A DNA stretch of 64,000 nt from an uncultured Pseudomonadota bacterium (GCA_963742045.1 CAVUKE010000001.1:55873-119872); one strand, 5' to 3'. Counted from the first letter of the stretch, positions 7,899 to 18,201 are shown. Program-made: numbers and translations. The notes: generated by a model from the sequence alone, not told the origin.

Positions 7899-9320
7899 AT
7901 GGACCTCATTACCCATCAACTTGCTGGCTCCCCCCGCGAACGGTGGCTGGGGTTAGTCGTTGGCCTCGGACTCATTCTGGCCCTGGGCTCGTCCGCGGGC
8001 GCCGTACCCGGCAGCTATTCACGACTCATTCGGCGCGCTGCGCCCAGCGTTGTCACGGTGCTTGCCGAACGGGAACCTGAGGACGCCGCTCGGCGCGCGG
8101 CTGAACGAGCCGCGTCTGCGCGAGACGCTTTGGCAGAGGGCTCGCAGAAGCCTGTCCCGTCTACCGACCGCGGGCTTGGACTCGGATCGGGGTTCATCGT
8201 TGACGAGGACGGCCTGATCGTGACAAACCGCCACGTGATCCAGGGTGCGGCCAGTCTTCGGGTGCGGTTCGTCAGCGGTCGGGAGCTAACCGCGCAGATC
8301 GTCGGGGTGGATGCGCCGACAGATATTGCACTTCTTAAGGTCGACGCCCGACACCTGCCGGCGCTGCACTTGGGTTCCTCGACCCATGTCGCCGTGGGCG
8401 ATCCTGTCGTTGCGATCGGCAATCCCTTCGGCGTAGGTCAATCGGCCACGGCCGGCATCATCTCAGCGCGAGGCCGATTGCTCGTGGGCGAGCCCTATAT
8501 TGATTTCCTACAGACTGACGCGGCCATTAATCACGGTAATTCTGGGGGGCCTCTACTGGCCGCGGACGGTACAGTCATCGGGGTCACTTCGACGATTCTT
8601 TCGCCGACCGGCGGTTCCGTCGGACTCGGATTCGCGATTCCGGCCGAAACCGTCGCGACCGTGGTGCGCCAACTGCGAACTCAGGGCCGCGTAGCTCGAG
8701 GCTATCTCGGCATTTCTGCTCAGCCGCTGACTCCTGACTTAGCCAACACTCTGGGCGTGAGTCCGGTCGGGGGCGCGCTAGTGACCGCGGTTGAGTCAAC
8801 CGGTCCGGCTTCACAGATGGTGCTGATCGGGGACGTGTTGCAGAGAATGGATTCCGCGCCCGTTTCCTTCGACGATCTCGCCAAGCTGACTGCCCAGCTT
8901 CGACCCAATACCATGGTGGAACTTCAGATCGTGCGACATCGCGCGCCGCGAACCATTTATCTGACCGTCGGTCGGCTGCCAGACCCGCCGAGCCAGCCCG
9001 GACACAACACACAGATTGACACCTGGGTGCCTGCTCTCGGTCTTGGAGTGGCCGAGACATCGTATGAAATTCGCCACGCGGTCAGGGCTGACGACGAAGT
9101 CGGGGGTCTCATCGTGACCCAGCTGCGGCCGTCTGCCGCCGGTGCTCTCGCCGGGTTACAGATCGGCGATCTGATCACTCACCTCGGAACCCAGCCACTC
9201 AAAGGCGTTGGCCAACTCGCCAGCATCGATCAGCTCTCAGCTTCCGCGCCCCTGCTCGTGCGCGTCGTGCGCGACGGAGTCCCGCGATTCATGGTTATAT
9301 CAGATACCGTCCCCAAGTGA
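7899..9320 (+). CDS. DegP/HtrA-family periplasmic serine endoprotease with two PDZ domains
   Basis: Catalytic triad contexts TNRHV, DIALLKV and GNSGGPL, followed by two PDZ-like regions. The start could be 7827 or 7899. Confidence 0.9.
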   Translation: MDLITHQLAGSPRERWLGLVVGLGLILALGSSAGAVPGSYSRLIRRAAPSVVTVLAEREPEDAARRAAERAASARDALAEGSQKPVPSTDRGLGLGSGFIVDEDGLIVTNRHVIQGAASLRVRFVSGRELTAQIVGVDAPTDIALLKVDARHLPALHLGSSTHVAVGDPVVAIGNPFGVGQSATAGIISARGRLLVGEPYIDFLQTDAAINHGNSGGPLLAADGTVIGVTSTILSPTGGSVGLGFAIPAETVATVVRQLRTQGRVARGYLGISAQPLTPDLANTLGVSPVGGALVTAVESTGPASQMVLIGDVLQRMDSAPVSFDDLAKLTAQLRPNTMVELQIVRHRAPRTIYLTVGRLPDPPSQPGHNTQIDTWVPALGLGVAETSYEIRHAVRADDEVGGLIVTQLRPSAAGALAGLQIGDLITHLGTQPLKGVGQLASIDQLSASAPLLVRVVRDGVPRFMVISDTVPK

Positions 9321-9389
9321 GAGTTCAGGTCTCGGTCCACGCTCAGCTGCCGCCAGTCCCATTCGGTTTTACGAAGTATAGTGGATCGC

Positions 9390-9866
9390 TCAGGCTCGAA
9401 TCTGCGCCCGCCATACGAGCAGCCAGCCTTCCGGCATTGACCGCAGCGCGAGTATGTCGCGACCCGAAATGGCGCGACGCTTCCCGTCCACTGTCCAATC
9501 GAGTTGCCACCGATAGTGGATGACGCCAACGGTTCCCGACGAGTGCCCTCTGAGATCCGTCGCGTTGTATTCGTGAACCTGCGCTCCATTGAACATCTCT
9601 CGCAGATGATCCAGGATTAGCACGCGGCCGACGACGGTCTCCGAGAAGCCTGGCAACACCACCGCAGCGTCTGGCGCAAACAATCTCTCGAGCGCTGCCC
9701 AGTCCTTGCCGAGCCACGCCGCATCGTAGGCCTGCACCCAGACTGCTGCCGCCAGATCGTCGAGGCTGTCCAATTCGCCCTCCGTACCCGCCTTTGAGTG
9801 GCGGCATGCCCATCGGCGAAGGAAATCGTCCCGATGAAACTCACTGCGCCATTGCGGAATTCCCAT
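9390..9866 (-). CDS. SnoaL/NTF2-like (DUF4440-type) protein
   Basis: ...AAAVWVQAYDAAWLGKDWAALERLFAPDAAVVLPGF...YRWQLDWTVDGKRRAISGRDILALRSMPEGWLLVWR is the typical NTF2-fold pattern. Start is uncertain (9866 or 9932). Confidence 0.6.
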   Translation of the reverse strand: MGIPQWRSEFHRDDFLRRWACRHSKAGTEGELDSLDDLAAAVWVQAYDAAWLGKDWAALERLFAPDAAVVLPGFSETVVGRVLILDHLREMFNGAQVHEYNATDLRGHSSGTVGVIHYRWQLDWTVDGKRRAISGRDILALRSMPEGWLLVWRAQIRA

Positions 9867-10447
9867 GTGTGTTAACCCCGTGTATCCGAGCGTCAATACC
9901 GCGCGCAGCCGCGCCGCATTGCGACGAGCCATTTCGGCACTGAGGTCGCGCTCGTCAAGCCGACCGCGCTCACCACGGCGATACGCCGAGCCGTGTGCTC
10001 TCTCGACGTACCCTCAACGAGCGCGACCTCAGCACCGATATGACTAACTACGCTCATATTGCCCGATTCAGAGTGGCACGAACGCCTTCATAAAACTACC
10101 AACTCTCTCTCGAATTGTACCGACGTTCCCGCCGCAGTGCGCACGTTCGTACGCGCCTCTCTCCACACTGAAACACCCCGTTATGAACCGACATGGTTCA
10201 TCACACGCGCACTAATACCGCGAAACACAGAAGTAACTCGTCAGCCAACATAACAACGCTGTGCAGTCTGGCGGCGGTGAAACTGAGTTTATTGAACTAG
10301 AAACCGTAATCACTGTCCCTTAAGAGCACCGTGACCCTGGATCCGTTCAATCCGCAATTTGCTCGCGACCGAGGACCAATACTTTGTGGAACACGGCGCG
10401 ACCGATCCACGATCTTTGAAGATCCCGGATCCCAAAGGAGTACCGTC

Positions 10448-11269
10448 ATGCGACACCTCAAGCGCTTGTATGTGTTGGCGGCCACTGCGCTAGCGATCTC
10501 GCTGGCTGCCTGCGCGACGATCCCGAGCGGCCGCACGGGCGTTGAGTGGTCGCCAATGAACGGCACAATGAATCGGACATTGGACGAAGGCTTTCACTTT
10601 GTCTCGCCGTTCAGCAAGATCTATCAGGTGGATCTGCGCGAGCAGCAGCGCGACGTCGATCTTGACGTGCTGGCTGACAATGGCCTCGAAATCAAGCTGA
10701 CCACTTCAATTCTGTATCAACCGGTCGCCGCACAAGCGTACGCGCTCATCAAGGAGACGGGACCTCAGTACTACGAGACTCTGATCGGACCTAATGTTCG
10801 TTCGAGCGCTCGCCGGGTAGTCGGCCGCTACAGCCCCGAGGAGATCTATTCAAGCAAGCGCGAGCAAATTGAACGCGAAATTCGCGAGGACGTGACGGGC
10901 AAGCTCGATGGCAGCCACCTGCGCGTGAACGCCATCCTGATTCGGGAAGTGCATTTGCCGCCGGTCGTTCAGGAGGCCATCCAGGCAAAGCTGAGGGAAG
11001 AGCAGCGAGCGCTTGAGATGCGGTTTGTACTCGATCGGTCGCGGCAGGAAGCCGAACGCAAGCGGATCGAGGCCAAGGGGATTGCCGACTACCAGGCAAC
11101 AATCAGCCAGGGTCTCTCCGAAAAGATCCTCGCCTGGCAGGGCATCGAGGCTACGGAAAAGCTCGCTGAGTCACCGAACGCCAAGGTGGTCGTGATTGGT
11201 TCCGGCAAGGAAGGGCTGCCGCTGATCCTCAATGCGGCGACTCCACAGGTCGCCAAGAACACTCCGTAG
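10448..11269 (+). CDS. SPFH/Band-7 (prohibitin-like) lipoprotein
   Basis: MRHLKRLYVLAATALAISLAACAT lipobox, then an SPFH core and a coiled EEQRALEMRFVLDRSRQEAERKRIEAKGIADYQ segment. AAAGGAG lies 7 nt upstream of ATG 10448. Confidence 0.85.
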   Translation: MRHLKRLYVLAATALAISLAACATIPSGRTGVEWSPMNGTMNRTLDEGFHFVSPFSKIYQVDLREQQRDVDLDVLADNGLEIKLTTSILYQPVAAQAYALIKETGPQYYETLIGPNVRSSARRVVGRYSPEEIYSSKREQIEREIREDVTGKLDGSHLRVNAILIREVHLPPVVQEAIQAKLREEQRALEMRFVLDRSRQEAERKRIEAKGIADYQATISQGLSEKILAWQGIEATEKLAESPNAKVVVIGSGKEGLPLILNAATPQVAKNTP

Positions 11270-11558
11270 CCTGAAAGGAACGGTTCTTATTGAGGTGATA
11301 CGTCTGCGATTGCCGCGCCGCACTCGATGCCGCTGCCAGTGAAGGCGGCGGCGATCGACATTGGGCGTGAGTGATCTAGATCCCCGTGGGCAGACGTCCC
11401 TGTTGGTGCCGGACCTACACATTACCTGATCAAGAAGGATCTCATGCAATGACAACTTTCTATTTCTATTTTTCCTTAGCGAAGCACGGTAGGCATCTCG
11501 GCGAGGAGTCTGATGCGCTCAGCCGATGCCTCATCGATCTGCCATCCGAGGGTTGGAT

Positions 11559-14063
11559 ATGAGCGCAAATGGTGAGATGACGCGGCGATCGCCGACTAAC
11601 CTCAAGCGCTCTGCAATTTATCAGAGCCCGTACGAGCGCGTCCCAGATCCATTCACTACCACGGACGGCTATGAGCGCCATCTTGTATTCGATAAGGTTG
11701 TCGATCCGGCGTCTGCCGGACCGCGCGAGCAATTCGAGGCTTTCGCCCGCGCTGTGCGCGACGTTCTGTCGCGGCAATGGATAGATACTGAGAACACATA
11801 CGCGCGCATGAACCCCAAGCGCATCTACTACCTCTCCATGGAGTTCCTCATCGGCCGCGCGCTTGCTAGCAACGTGACCAATCTGCGCCTCGCTAAGATC
11901 GCGAAACAAGCGGTCGAGGAGCAGGGACTCGACTGGCCCGAGCTCCTCGAGCAGGAGCCTGACGCCGGATTGGGTAACGGTGGACTCGGGCGCCTGGCGG
12001 CCTGTTTCCTCGACTCGATGGCGACGATGCAATTGCCCGCCATGGGTTACGGGCTGAGATACGAGTACGGCATGTTCAGGCAAGTCATTTGCAACGGCTG
12101 GCAACAGGAACAGCCTGACAATTGGCTCCAGCGTCAGGATCCCTGGGAGGTTCCACGGCCCTCGGAGAGAGTCGAGGTCAGGCTTAATTGCTCCTATGAA
12201 GTGCGCGGCGGCAGATTGCGCGCCATCGTGGGTAGACCGTCGACGCTCATCGGTGTCCCCTTTGACCGACCCATAGTCGGTTACGGGGGTAAAACCATCA
12301 ACACCCTGCGCCTCTGGGCGGCCGATGCCCCTCATAATTTCGACTTCCAAGAGTTCAACCACGGAGAATTCGTCGGCGCGGTCGCTGAGGCCATCGAAGC
12401 CGCATCCCTTACGCGAGTGTTATACCCGGACGACTCGACGAGCACGGGGCAGGGACTGCGTTTCGTACAAGAGTACTTTCTTGTGGCCTGTTCGCTGGCC
12501 GACCTCCTGCGGCGTTTTCGCCGCGGCAACGCCAATTGGAGTGCACTTCCCGAGAAAGCCGCCATCCAGCTGAACGATACGCACCCGGCATGCGCCGTCC
12601 CGGAGCTGTTGCGGATTCTGCTTGACGAGGCTCATCTGGAATGGGACCAGGCGTGGGACTTAACGCAAAGAACCTTGGCGTACACCAACCACACGCTGTT
12701 GCCGGAAGCCCTCGAAAAATGGCCGCTCGCCTGGTTCAATGCGCTATTGCCCCGTCATCTTGAGCTCATCTACGAAATCAATCGACGCCTGCTCGACTCC
12801 GTCCGCACGCGCTTCCGGGGCGACGACGGACGGGCCCAGCGCGTGAGCCTGATTGAGGACGACTCCGCCAAGCACGTTCGCATGGCCCACCTCGCCATTG
12901 TCGGCTCGCACAGCACCAACGGCGTCGCTGCGCTTCACTCCGAGCTGTTGCGTACCACAACGGTCAGGGACTTGGCCGAGATGTTCCCCGAGCGCTTCAG
13001 CAACAAGACCAATGGCGTCACGCCTCGCCGTTGGTTGCTGCTGACGAACCCAGCGCTCTCTGAGTTGATCACGGACGCTCTCGGGGACTCGTGGGTAACC
13101 GACCTTGAGCAGTTGAGCAGGCTCCGACTGCTCGCGGATGATGAGGGCTTCCGCGACTTCTTCCGAAGCGCCAAGCGCGAGGCCAAGTGCCGGTGCGCTA
13201 ACTGGCTCAGATCGAGATTCGGCGTTACGGTCGATCCGGATACGATGTTCGATTGCCAAATCAAGCGTATCCACGAATACAAGCGGCAGCTGCTCAACGC
13301 GCTACGCATTGTCGTGCTCTACAACAGGCTACGAGAGAATCCCAGTCTTGAGATGGCGCCCAGAACATTCTTCTTCGCGGGCAAGGCAGCGCCGGCCTAC
13401 CGACTTGCGAAGCTCATCATCAAGTTCATCCATAGCTTGGCGACTACGGTCGATGCTGATTCCGCGATCCGAGGCCGAATTAAGGTTCTGTTCTTGCCCG
13501 AATACGATGTTTCACTTGCACAGCGGCTCATTCCCGCCAGTGATGTCTCGAACCAGATCTCAACCGCGGGCTACGAAGCCAGTGGAACCAGCAACATGAA
13601 ATTCATGATGAACGGTGCCTTGACGCTTGGCACGCGCGATGGCGCGACCATTGAAATGGCGCAGGAGGTCGGGGAGAAGAATCTATTTCTTTTCGGCCTC
13701 ACAGCTGCGCAGGTGTCCGGCAGCCGTGGGTGGTACGACCCGCACTGGCACTACGAGCACGAACCAGAGACCCGTGCGGCATTGGAGTTGATTCGTTCCG
13801 GCCATTTCAGCGGTAGTGAACCCGGAGTTTTCGCACCGCTATTCGACACACTATTAACACACGGCGATCACTACATGCACTTAGCCGACCTGAGGTCCTA
13901 CCTGGAAGCCGACGAACGTGTGTGCGATCTGTATGCCAGTCCAGACGAGTGGGCGCTCATGGCCATCTTGAATGTCGCCGCCTCTGGGAAATTCTCGAGC
14001 GATCGGACCATCGCTGAGTATGCAACCGAGATTTGGAAGGCAAAGCCGTGCCCTGTCGCGTAA
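11559..14063 (+). CDS. glgP: Glycogen/maltodextrin phosphorylase
   Basis: About 835 aa, full-length GT35 signature including EASGTSNMKFMMNGALTLGTRDGATIEM (PLP lysine). The start is 11526 or 11559. Confidence 0.95.
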   Translation: MSANGEMTRRSPTNLKRSAIYQSPYERVPDPFTTTDGYERHLVFDKVVDPASAGPREQFEAFARAVRDVLSRQWIDTENTYARMNPKRIYYLSMEFLIGRALASNVTNLRLAKIAKQAVEEQGLDWPELLEQEPDAGLGNGGLGRLAACFLDSMATMQLPAMGYGLRYEYGMFRQVICNGWQQEQPDNWLQRQDPWEVPRPSERVEVRLNCSYEVRGGRLRAIVGRPSTLIGVPFDRPIVGYGGKTINTLRLWAADAPHNFDFQEFNHGEFVGAVAEAIEAASLTRVLYPDDSTSTGQGLRFVQEYFLVACSLADLLRRFRRGNANWSALPEKAAIQLNDTHPACAVPELLRILLDEAHLEWDQAWDLTQRTLAYTNHTLLPEALEKWPLAWFNALLPRHLELIYEINRRLLDSVRTRFRGDDGRAQRVSLIEDDSAKHVRMAHLAIVGSHSTNGVAALHSELLRTTTVRDLAEMFPERFSNKTNGVTPRRWLLLTNPALSELITDALGDSWVTDLEQLSRLRLLADDEGFRDFFRSAKREAKCRCANWLRSRFGVTVDPDTMFDCQIKRIHEYKRQLLNALRIVVLYNRLRENPSLEMAPRTFFFAGKAAPAYRLAKLIIKFIHSLATTVDADSAIRGRIKVLFLPEYDVSLAQRLIPASDVSNQISTAGYEASGTSNMKFMMNGALTLGTRDGATIEMAQEVGEKNLFLFGLTAAQVSGSRGWYDPHWHYEHEPETRAALELIRSGHFSGSEPGVFAPLFDTLLTHGDHYMHLADLRSYLEADERVCDLYASPDEWALMAILNVAASGKFSSDRTIAEYATEIWKAKPCPVA

Positions 14064-14112
14064 TCGCGTGCGCGCGAGTGGGCAGCACGGGTCAAATGGC
14101 AGATGAGCAAAT

Positions 14113-14557
14113 GCGCAAGCTGAATAATCGGCACGTCGGTGGCACCGTAGCGGATGACCGGCGGCGGGGTGATGTTGGGGGGCATGTACTTGAGTACCAC
14201 GAGCGCGCTGCTCGCCAGCTGCGCCCCCGCGCGCGTCACGTCCGCGCCCTCGTGCAGATAGATCTTCTCGACCCCCACCCCCTCGTAGCTCGTCGCCTCG
14301 ATGCGCGAGATGTCATCCACCAGGGAGGCGAGCTGGCGCTCGTGCAGCGTGAGGATGCGGTTCTGCATGTCCGCGGCGCTCATGCCGGCGTACGTCCACA
14401 CGACGCTCACCACCGGGATGTCCATCCGCGGGAAGATGTCGACCGGCATGCGCAGCGCCTCGCCGATGCCGAGGAGTCCCACCAGAATCAGCGCCGCCAC
14501 CACCGTGTAGGGGCGGGCGAGGACGTACTTAACAATCGGCAAAAACGTTCGCGTCAC
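14113..14557 (-). pseudogene. RND efflux transporter (AcrB/CzcA family), N-terminal ~148 codons only
   Basis: MTRTFLPIVKYVLARPYTVVAALILVGLLGIGEALRMPVDIFPRMDIPVVSVVWTYAGMSAADMQNRILT...PPPVIRYGATDVPIIQLA is a canonical RND N-terminus. Similarity ends near 14112, and the remaining ~70 codons of ORF 13898-14557 are antisense to the glgP 3' end. Full-length members are over 1000 aa. Confidence 0.75.
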
Positions 14558-14747
14558 GTTCGCGGGCAGCCATTGAACGCTGCCAGCATTAGTCGCCCCT
14601 TAAGCGAAGATTAGGGCACGTTCATCTTGACGCTCCGAGCAGGGCCGACGAGCTACAAATCCCTTATACGACAGTGCTTTACTGGGTCCGGGCCCGTCGT
14701 GCCGGGGACGCACAACTTAAGGGCAAGGGAGGCGGTGGCTGAGGGCT

Positions 14748-15305
14748 TTACTCGCCCCGCACGATGATCTGCACCTGATCCCCACCCTCCCAGAACCCGT
14801 GCGGGAGGCCAAAGTCCGAGCGCCGGAGCGTCGCCTGCCCGAGAAAGCGGCAGGGACGGGGCGCGGCCGGCCGGATCTGCGGGCAGTCGATGTCGGTGAC
14901 GCGCAGCGCGAGCGGGCGTGTCACCCCGTGCAGCGTGAGTTGCCCTTCCACGCTCGCGCTGGTGGGGCTCTCCCAGACGATGCGGGTTGAGCTGTAGCTC
15001 ATGACCGGATACCTCGCCGTGTCCAGCCACTGCGCGGAGCGCAGCCGATCGTCCCAGTAGGTGCTGCGCGAATCGAGCGAGGCGGTGCGCACCACGACGG
15101 CGAGCTGCCCGCCCTGTGCGTCGGAGGCGGGAGCGAAGTCCCCGCTCAGCTCGTGAAAGGCCGCGCTGAACCAGCGCAACCCCAGGTGCTCGATCTGGAA
15201 GCTGATCTGGGTGTTGCCCGGGTACAGGTGATGCGCACGCGCCGCCGGCACCCCGATGAGCGGCAGAAATCCCGCCAGCACGATCCACGCACGCATCACC
15301 CGCAC
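14748..15305 (-). CDS. YceI-family periplasmic protein
   Basis: 185 aa with a signal peptide. YceI-like pattern ...ISFQIEHLGLRWFSAAFHELSGDF...DDRLRSAQWLDTARYPVMSY...GQLTLHGVTRPL. Confidence 0.85.
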   Translation of the reverse strand: MRVMRAWIVLAGFLPLIGVPAARAHHLYPGNTQISFQIEHLGLRWFSAAFHELSGDFAPASDAQGGQLAVVVRTASLDSRSTYWDDRLRSAQWLDTARYPVMSYSSTRIVWESPTSASVEGQLTLHGVTRPLALRVTDIDCPQIRPAAPRPCRFLGQATLRRSDFGLPHGFWEGGDQVQIIVRGE

Positions 15306-15425
15306 GGTACCCCGCTCCTGGTCAAAAGTTCGTCCGCCCGCGTGAAGTTAGTGCGGCGGCGGCGCGGAAAGGTTTCCCCGACGCTCCGATACGCCTTCAC
15401 CGGTGCCGGCGCGCCGCACGCGCGC

Positions 15426-17555
15426 TTAGTGCGCCGCGGGCGCCTCGCCCTGCAGGTACGTCGAGAGCCACTCGTGCACCTGCTGATAGAAGTAACGGCT
15501 GTCAGCGGGCTTCAGGATCCAGTGCCAGGCATCCGGCCAGACCAAAAGCCGGCTCGGCACCTGCATGCGCTGCAGCGTGGTCCAGTTCTCGAGCGTGTTG
15601 CCGATCGGGACGCGAAAGTCGCGCTCGCCGATGCTCAGCAGCATCGGCGTCTTCCAGTTCGCCCCGTGGCTGATCGGGCTTTGCGCACGCCAGATGGGAC
15701 TGCCACCCCAGGGCGGGCCGCCGTTCGTCACCTCGCGCTCGTAGTTGAAGTCGCTCTCGCCCCACTGCGTGGTCAGATCCACTTCCCCGGCGTGGCTGAT
15801 CAGGCACTTGTAGCGGGTGGTGGTGGCCTCGAGCCAGTTGGTGAGATGCCCGCCATAGCTGGCGCCGGCGGCACACATGCGCGCGGGGTCCAGGAACGCG
15901 TAGCGTTTGAGTGCCTCATCGACCGCCTGGTTGATCTCCTCGGCGGGCGTTTGGAGCGGATCCAGCTTGATCGCCTGCGCGAATTTCTCGCCGAAGCCGG
16001 TCGAGCCGGTGTAATCGGTCATGAGCACGACGTAACCGGGCGCGGCCAGCAGGTGGTAGTTCCAGCGCAGCCCGATCTGATCAGGATTGTTGGCGGCAGC
16101 CCCGCCATGAATGAGCACGAGCAGCGGATACTTACGCGAGGCGTCGAAGGCCGGCGGCCGCACGATCATGCTGTGGATCGTGCGCCCCTTGGCGCTGGTG
16201 AAATAGAAGTGCTCCGGCGGCGCCCAGTCAAGCGCTGCGGCCGCCGCCGTATTGATGTGGGTGAGATTCATGTGCCGGCGCCCCTGCGGGTCGATGCGCA
16301 CGATCTCGGCTGGACTCACCGAACTGCCGTAGCTTGCGATAAGCACCGGCTCGGGGGAGTTACGCGCGCTCACGAGCGCGGTGTAGCCGCCGCTCGCCGG
16401 TGCGATGAGCCGCTCGGGCGTGCCACCGGCGGCGGCGACGCGATAGAGGTTCTCGCTGGCGGCCTCCGGCACCAGCAGATACACCGTGCGGCTGTCGGGC
16501 GTGACGCCGTAGGCGGCCACTTCGCGGTCCAGGTCGCGCGTGAGCGGGGTCGGCTCGCCGCCGCCGGGCCACGACACGCGCTCGAGCCGCTCCAGGTTAT
16601 AGATCTCCGCATCCTGCGGTGCGTACTTGAAAAAGAGTGTCCGGCCATCGGGGGCAAAGGCGCTGTCGCGGTAGATGCCACTGGCGGTGGTGACGAGCCG
16701 CGGTTCGGCACCGCCGGCGGCCGGCAGGCGGTACAAGTGATAGCCGACGTGAGCAAACGCTGCGTTCCAGCGCTCACTCGTGGCCGTGAACACGATCTCC
16801 TGCCCGTCCGGACTCCAGATCGGCGCCAGCGTGATCGCGTTTTCGTTGGGCACGCCGTAAAAGCCGCTGGCGCGGGCAAATTCGCTGGGCGAGAGTACGT
16901 CCTGGGCGTGCGCCCCCTCCTGCAGTGACTGCACCATGATCGTCGGGTGGCGCTCGTCAAACCACTGGTTCCAGAAGCGGATCGGCGCATGCTCGTAGAT
17001 GCGCACGTTGTACTTGCGCGCCTTGCGATCGGCGATCACTTTCTTGTTGGCCTCATCATCCAGCGCGTTCGGCCAGACGAAGGACTCGAACAGCACGGCC
17101 TTGCCATCCGGACGCCAGCGCGGATTGGCAGCTCCGGTGGCGACGCTCGTGAGTCTGCGGGCTTCGCCGCCGCCGGCCAGATCCAGGATGTAGATCTGCT
17201 CCACCTCGTCACCTTCGCGCTTGCTGGCGAAGGCGATCGCGTGGCTGTCGGGCGACCAGGACACGCCGTTTTCCGGGGCGCGCGTGTAGGTGAGCCGTCG
17301 CGCCGGGGCGCTGCCGTCGGCGCGCAGCAGCCACAGATCGCTGACCTCTTTGTCCTGCTCATAGGCAGGCTCGAGCACCGGGATCACCACCCACCTGCCG
17401 TCCGGACTGACCGCGGGGGCGCCAACGCGTTTCATCATCCACAACGCCTCGTGCGTGATCGCCTGCTTGGCGGCGCCTGGCGCGGCGGGGGCCAGCAACG
17501 GGGTGAGTACGCAGGCGATGAGCAGCCCGAGGCGCTGCCGCAGGTGAGACATCAT
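15426..17555 (-). CDS. S9-family serine peptidase (beta-propeller plus alpha/beta hydrolase; acylaminoacyl or dipeptidyl peptidase type)
   Basis: 709 aa with a signal peptide and TolB-like propeller repeats (SPDGRWV, SPDSHAIAF, RPDGKAV, SPDGQEI, APDGRTL). Nucleophile motif GASYGGHL and a C-terminal D/H region. Confidence 0.9.
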   Translation of the reverse strand: MMSHLRQRLGLLIACVLTPLLAPAAPGAAKQAITHEALWMMKRVGAPAVSPDGRWVVIPVLEPAYEQDKEVSDLWLLRADGSAPARRLTYTRAPENGVSWSPDSHAIAFASKREGDEVEQIYILDLAGGGEARRLTSVATGAANPRWRPDGKAVLFESFVWPNALDDEANKKVIADRKARKYNVRIYEHAPIRFWNQWFDERHPTIMVQSLQEGAHAQDVLSPSEFARASGFYGVPNENAITLAPIWSPDGQEIVFTATSERWNAAFAHVGYHLYRLPAAGGAEPRLVTTASGIYRDSAFAPDGRTLFFKYAPQDAEIYNLERLERVSWPGGGEPTPLTRDLDREVAAYGVTPDSRTVYLLVPEAASENLYRVAAAGGTPERLIAPASGGYTALVSARNSPEPVLIASYGSSVSPAEIVRIDPQGRRHMNLTHINTAAAAALDWAPPEHFYFTSAKGRTIHSMIVRPPAFDASRKYPLLVLIHGGAAANNPDQIGLRWNYHLLAAPGYVVLMTDYTGSTGFGEKFAQAIKLDPLQTPAEEINQAVDEALKRYAFLDPARMCAAGASYGGHLTNWLEATTTRYKCLISHAGEVDLTTQWGESDFNYEREVTNGGPPWGGSPIWRAQSPISHGANWKTPMLLSIGERDFRVPIGNTLENWTTLQRMQVPSRLLVWPDAWHWILKPADSRYFYQQVHEWLSTYLQGEAPAAH

Positions 17556-17616
17556 GGTGTGCCCTTGCGAGTGCGAGGGCGGCAGGATATCAGGTCAGCG
17601 TGTTGCTCAGGCCGCC

Positions 17617-18189
17617 TCAGCTGCGCTCCCAGGCGGCGCGCAACAGGCGCCGTACGCTGCGGTTCACATCCGCCGGCGCGCTCAGAAACAGGGTCGACTT
17701 CAGCCGCTCCGACCACCCTTCGCCTCTGGCGGCCGTGAGCCGCACGTCGCTGCCCGGATCAAGTGCCAGTCCGAGGCGCACCTGGAGCCGTGCCGGCCGT
17801 GCGGCGGCGAACGCGAAGGAACGCGACCAGGCGGTGTAGCCCTTGCGCTGCCCGCGGATCAGACCCGGAAGCTCGCCCACCGCCGCCTCAATCGCGCCGA
17901 GGATCTTCCTGGCAGCCGGCTCAGACCACAGGCGCGCCCGCAGGCGCTGCGGACTTGCGGCGGCGCGCTGGGCGGGGCTTTCGAGCATCGACAGCACGCA
18001 CAGGGCGTAGTTCTGTCCGAGTCCGTGAGCTTCCTTGAACCAGCGCAAGCGCGCGCGCGGGGCGCTGTGCGGGCACTGGCGCGCAATCGCAAGCCACGCC
18101 GCGAGTGTTTTGCCGCTGTTTTTCTCCAGATTGTTACGCAGCGCCGAGCGGTAACTGCGCTGGCGCTGCGTCAGGTCATCCTTTGGCAC
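17617..18189 (-). CDS. DUF4287/DUF5655-like protein
   Basis: 190 aa. The N-terminal SYRSALRNNLEKNSGKTLAAWLAI...HGLGQNYA motif resembles DUF4287, and the C-terminal half resembles DUF5655. Function unknown. Confidence 0.55.
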   Translation of the reverse strand: MPKDDLTQRQRSYRSALRNNLEKNSGKTLAAWLAIARQCPHSAPRARLRWFKEAHGLGQNYALCVLSMLESPAQRAAASPQRLRARLWSEPAARKILGAIEAAVGELPGLIRGQRKGYTAWSRSFAFAAARPARLQVRLGLALDPGSDVRLTAARGEGWSERLKSTLFLSAPADVNRSVRRLLRAAWERS

Positions 18190-18201
18190 GCTCGCCCTCC
18201 C

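Noticed and set aside
10183-10201. Inverted repeat ATGAACCgacatGGTTCAT in the 500-bp non-coding region upstream of the SPFH gene
   Set aside because: It is a single 7-bp palindrome about 250 nt from the nearest start with no partner regulator nearby. It cannot be distinguished from chance.
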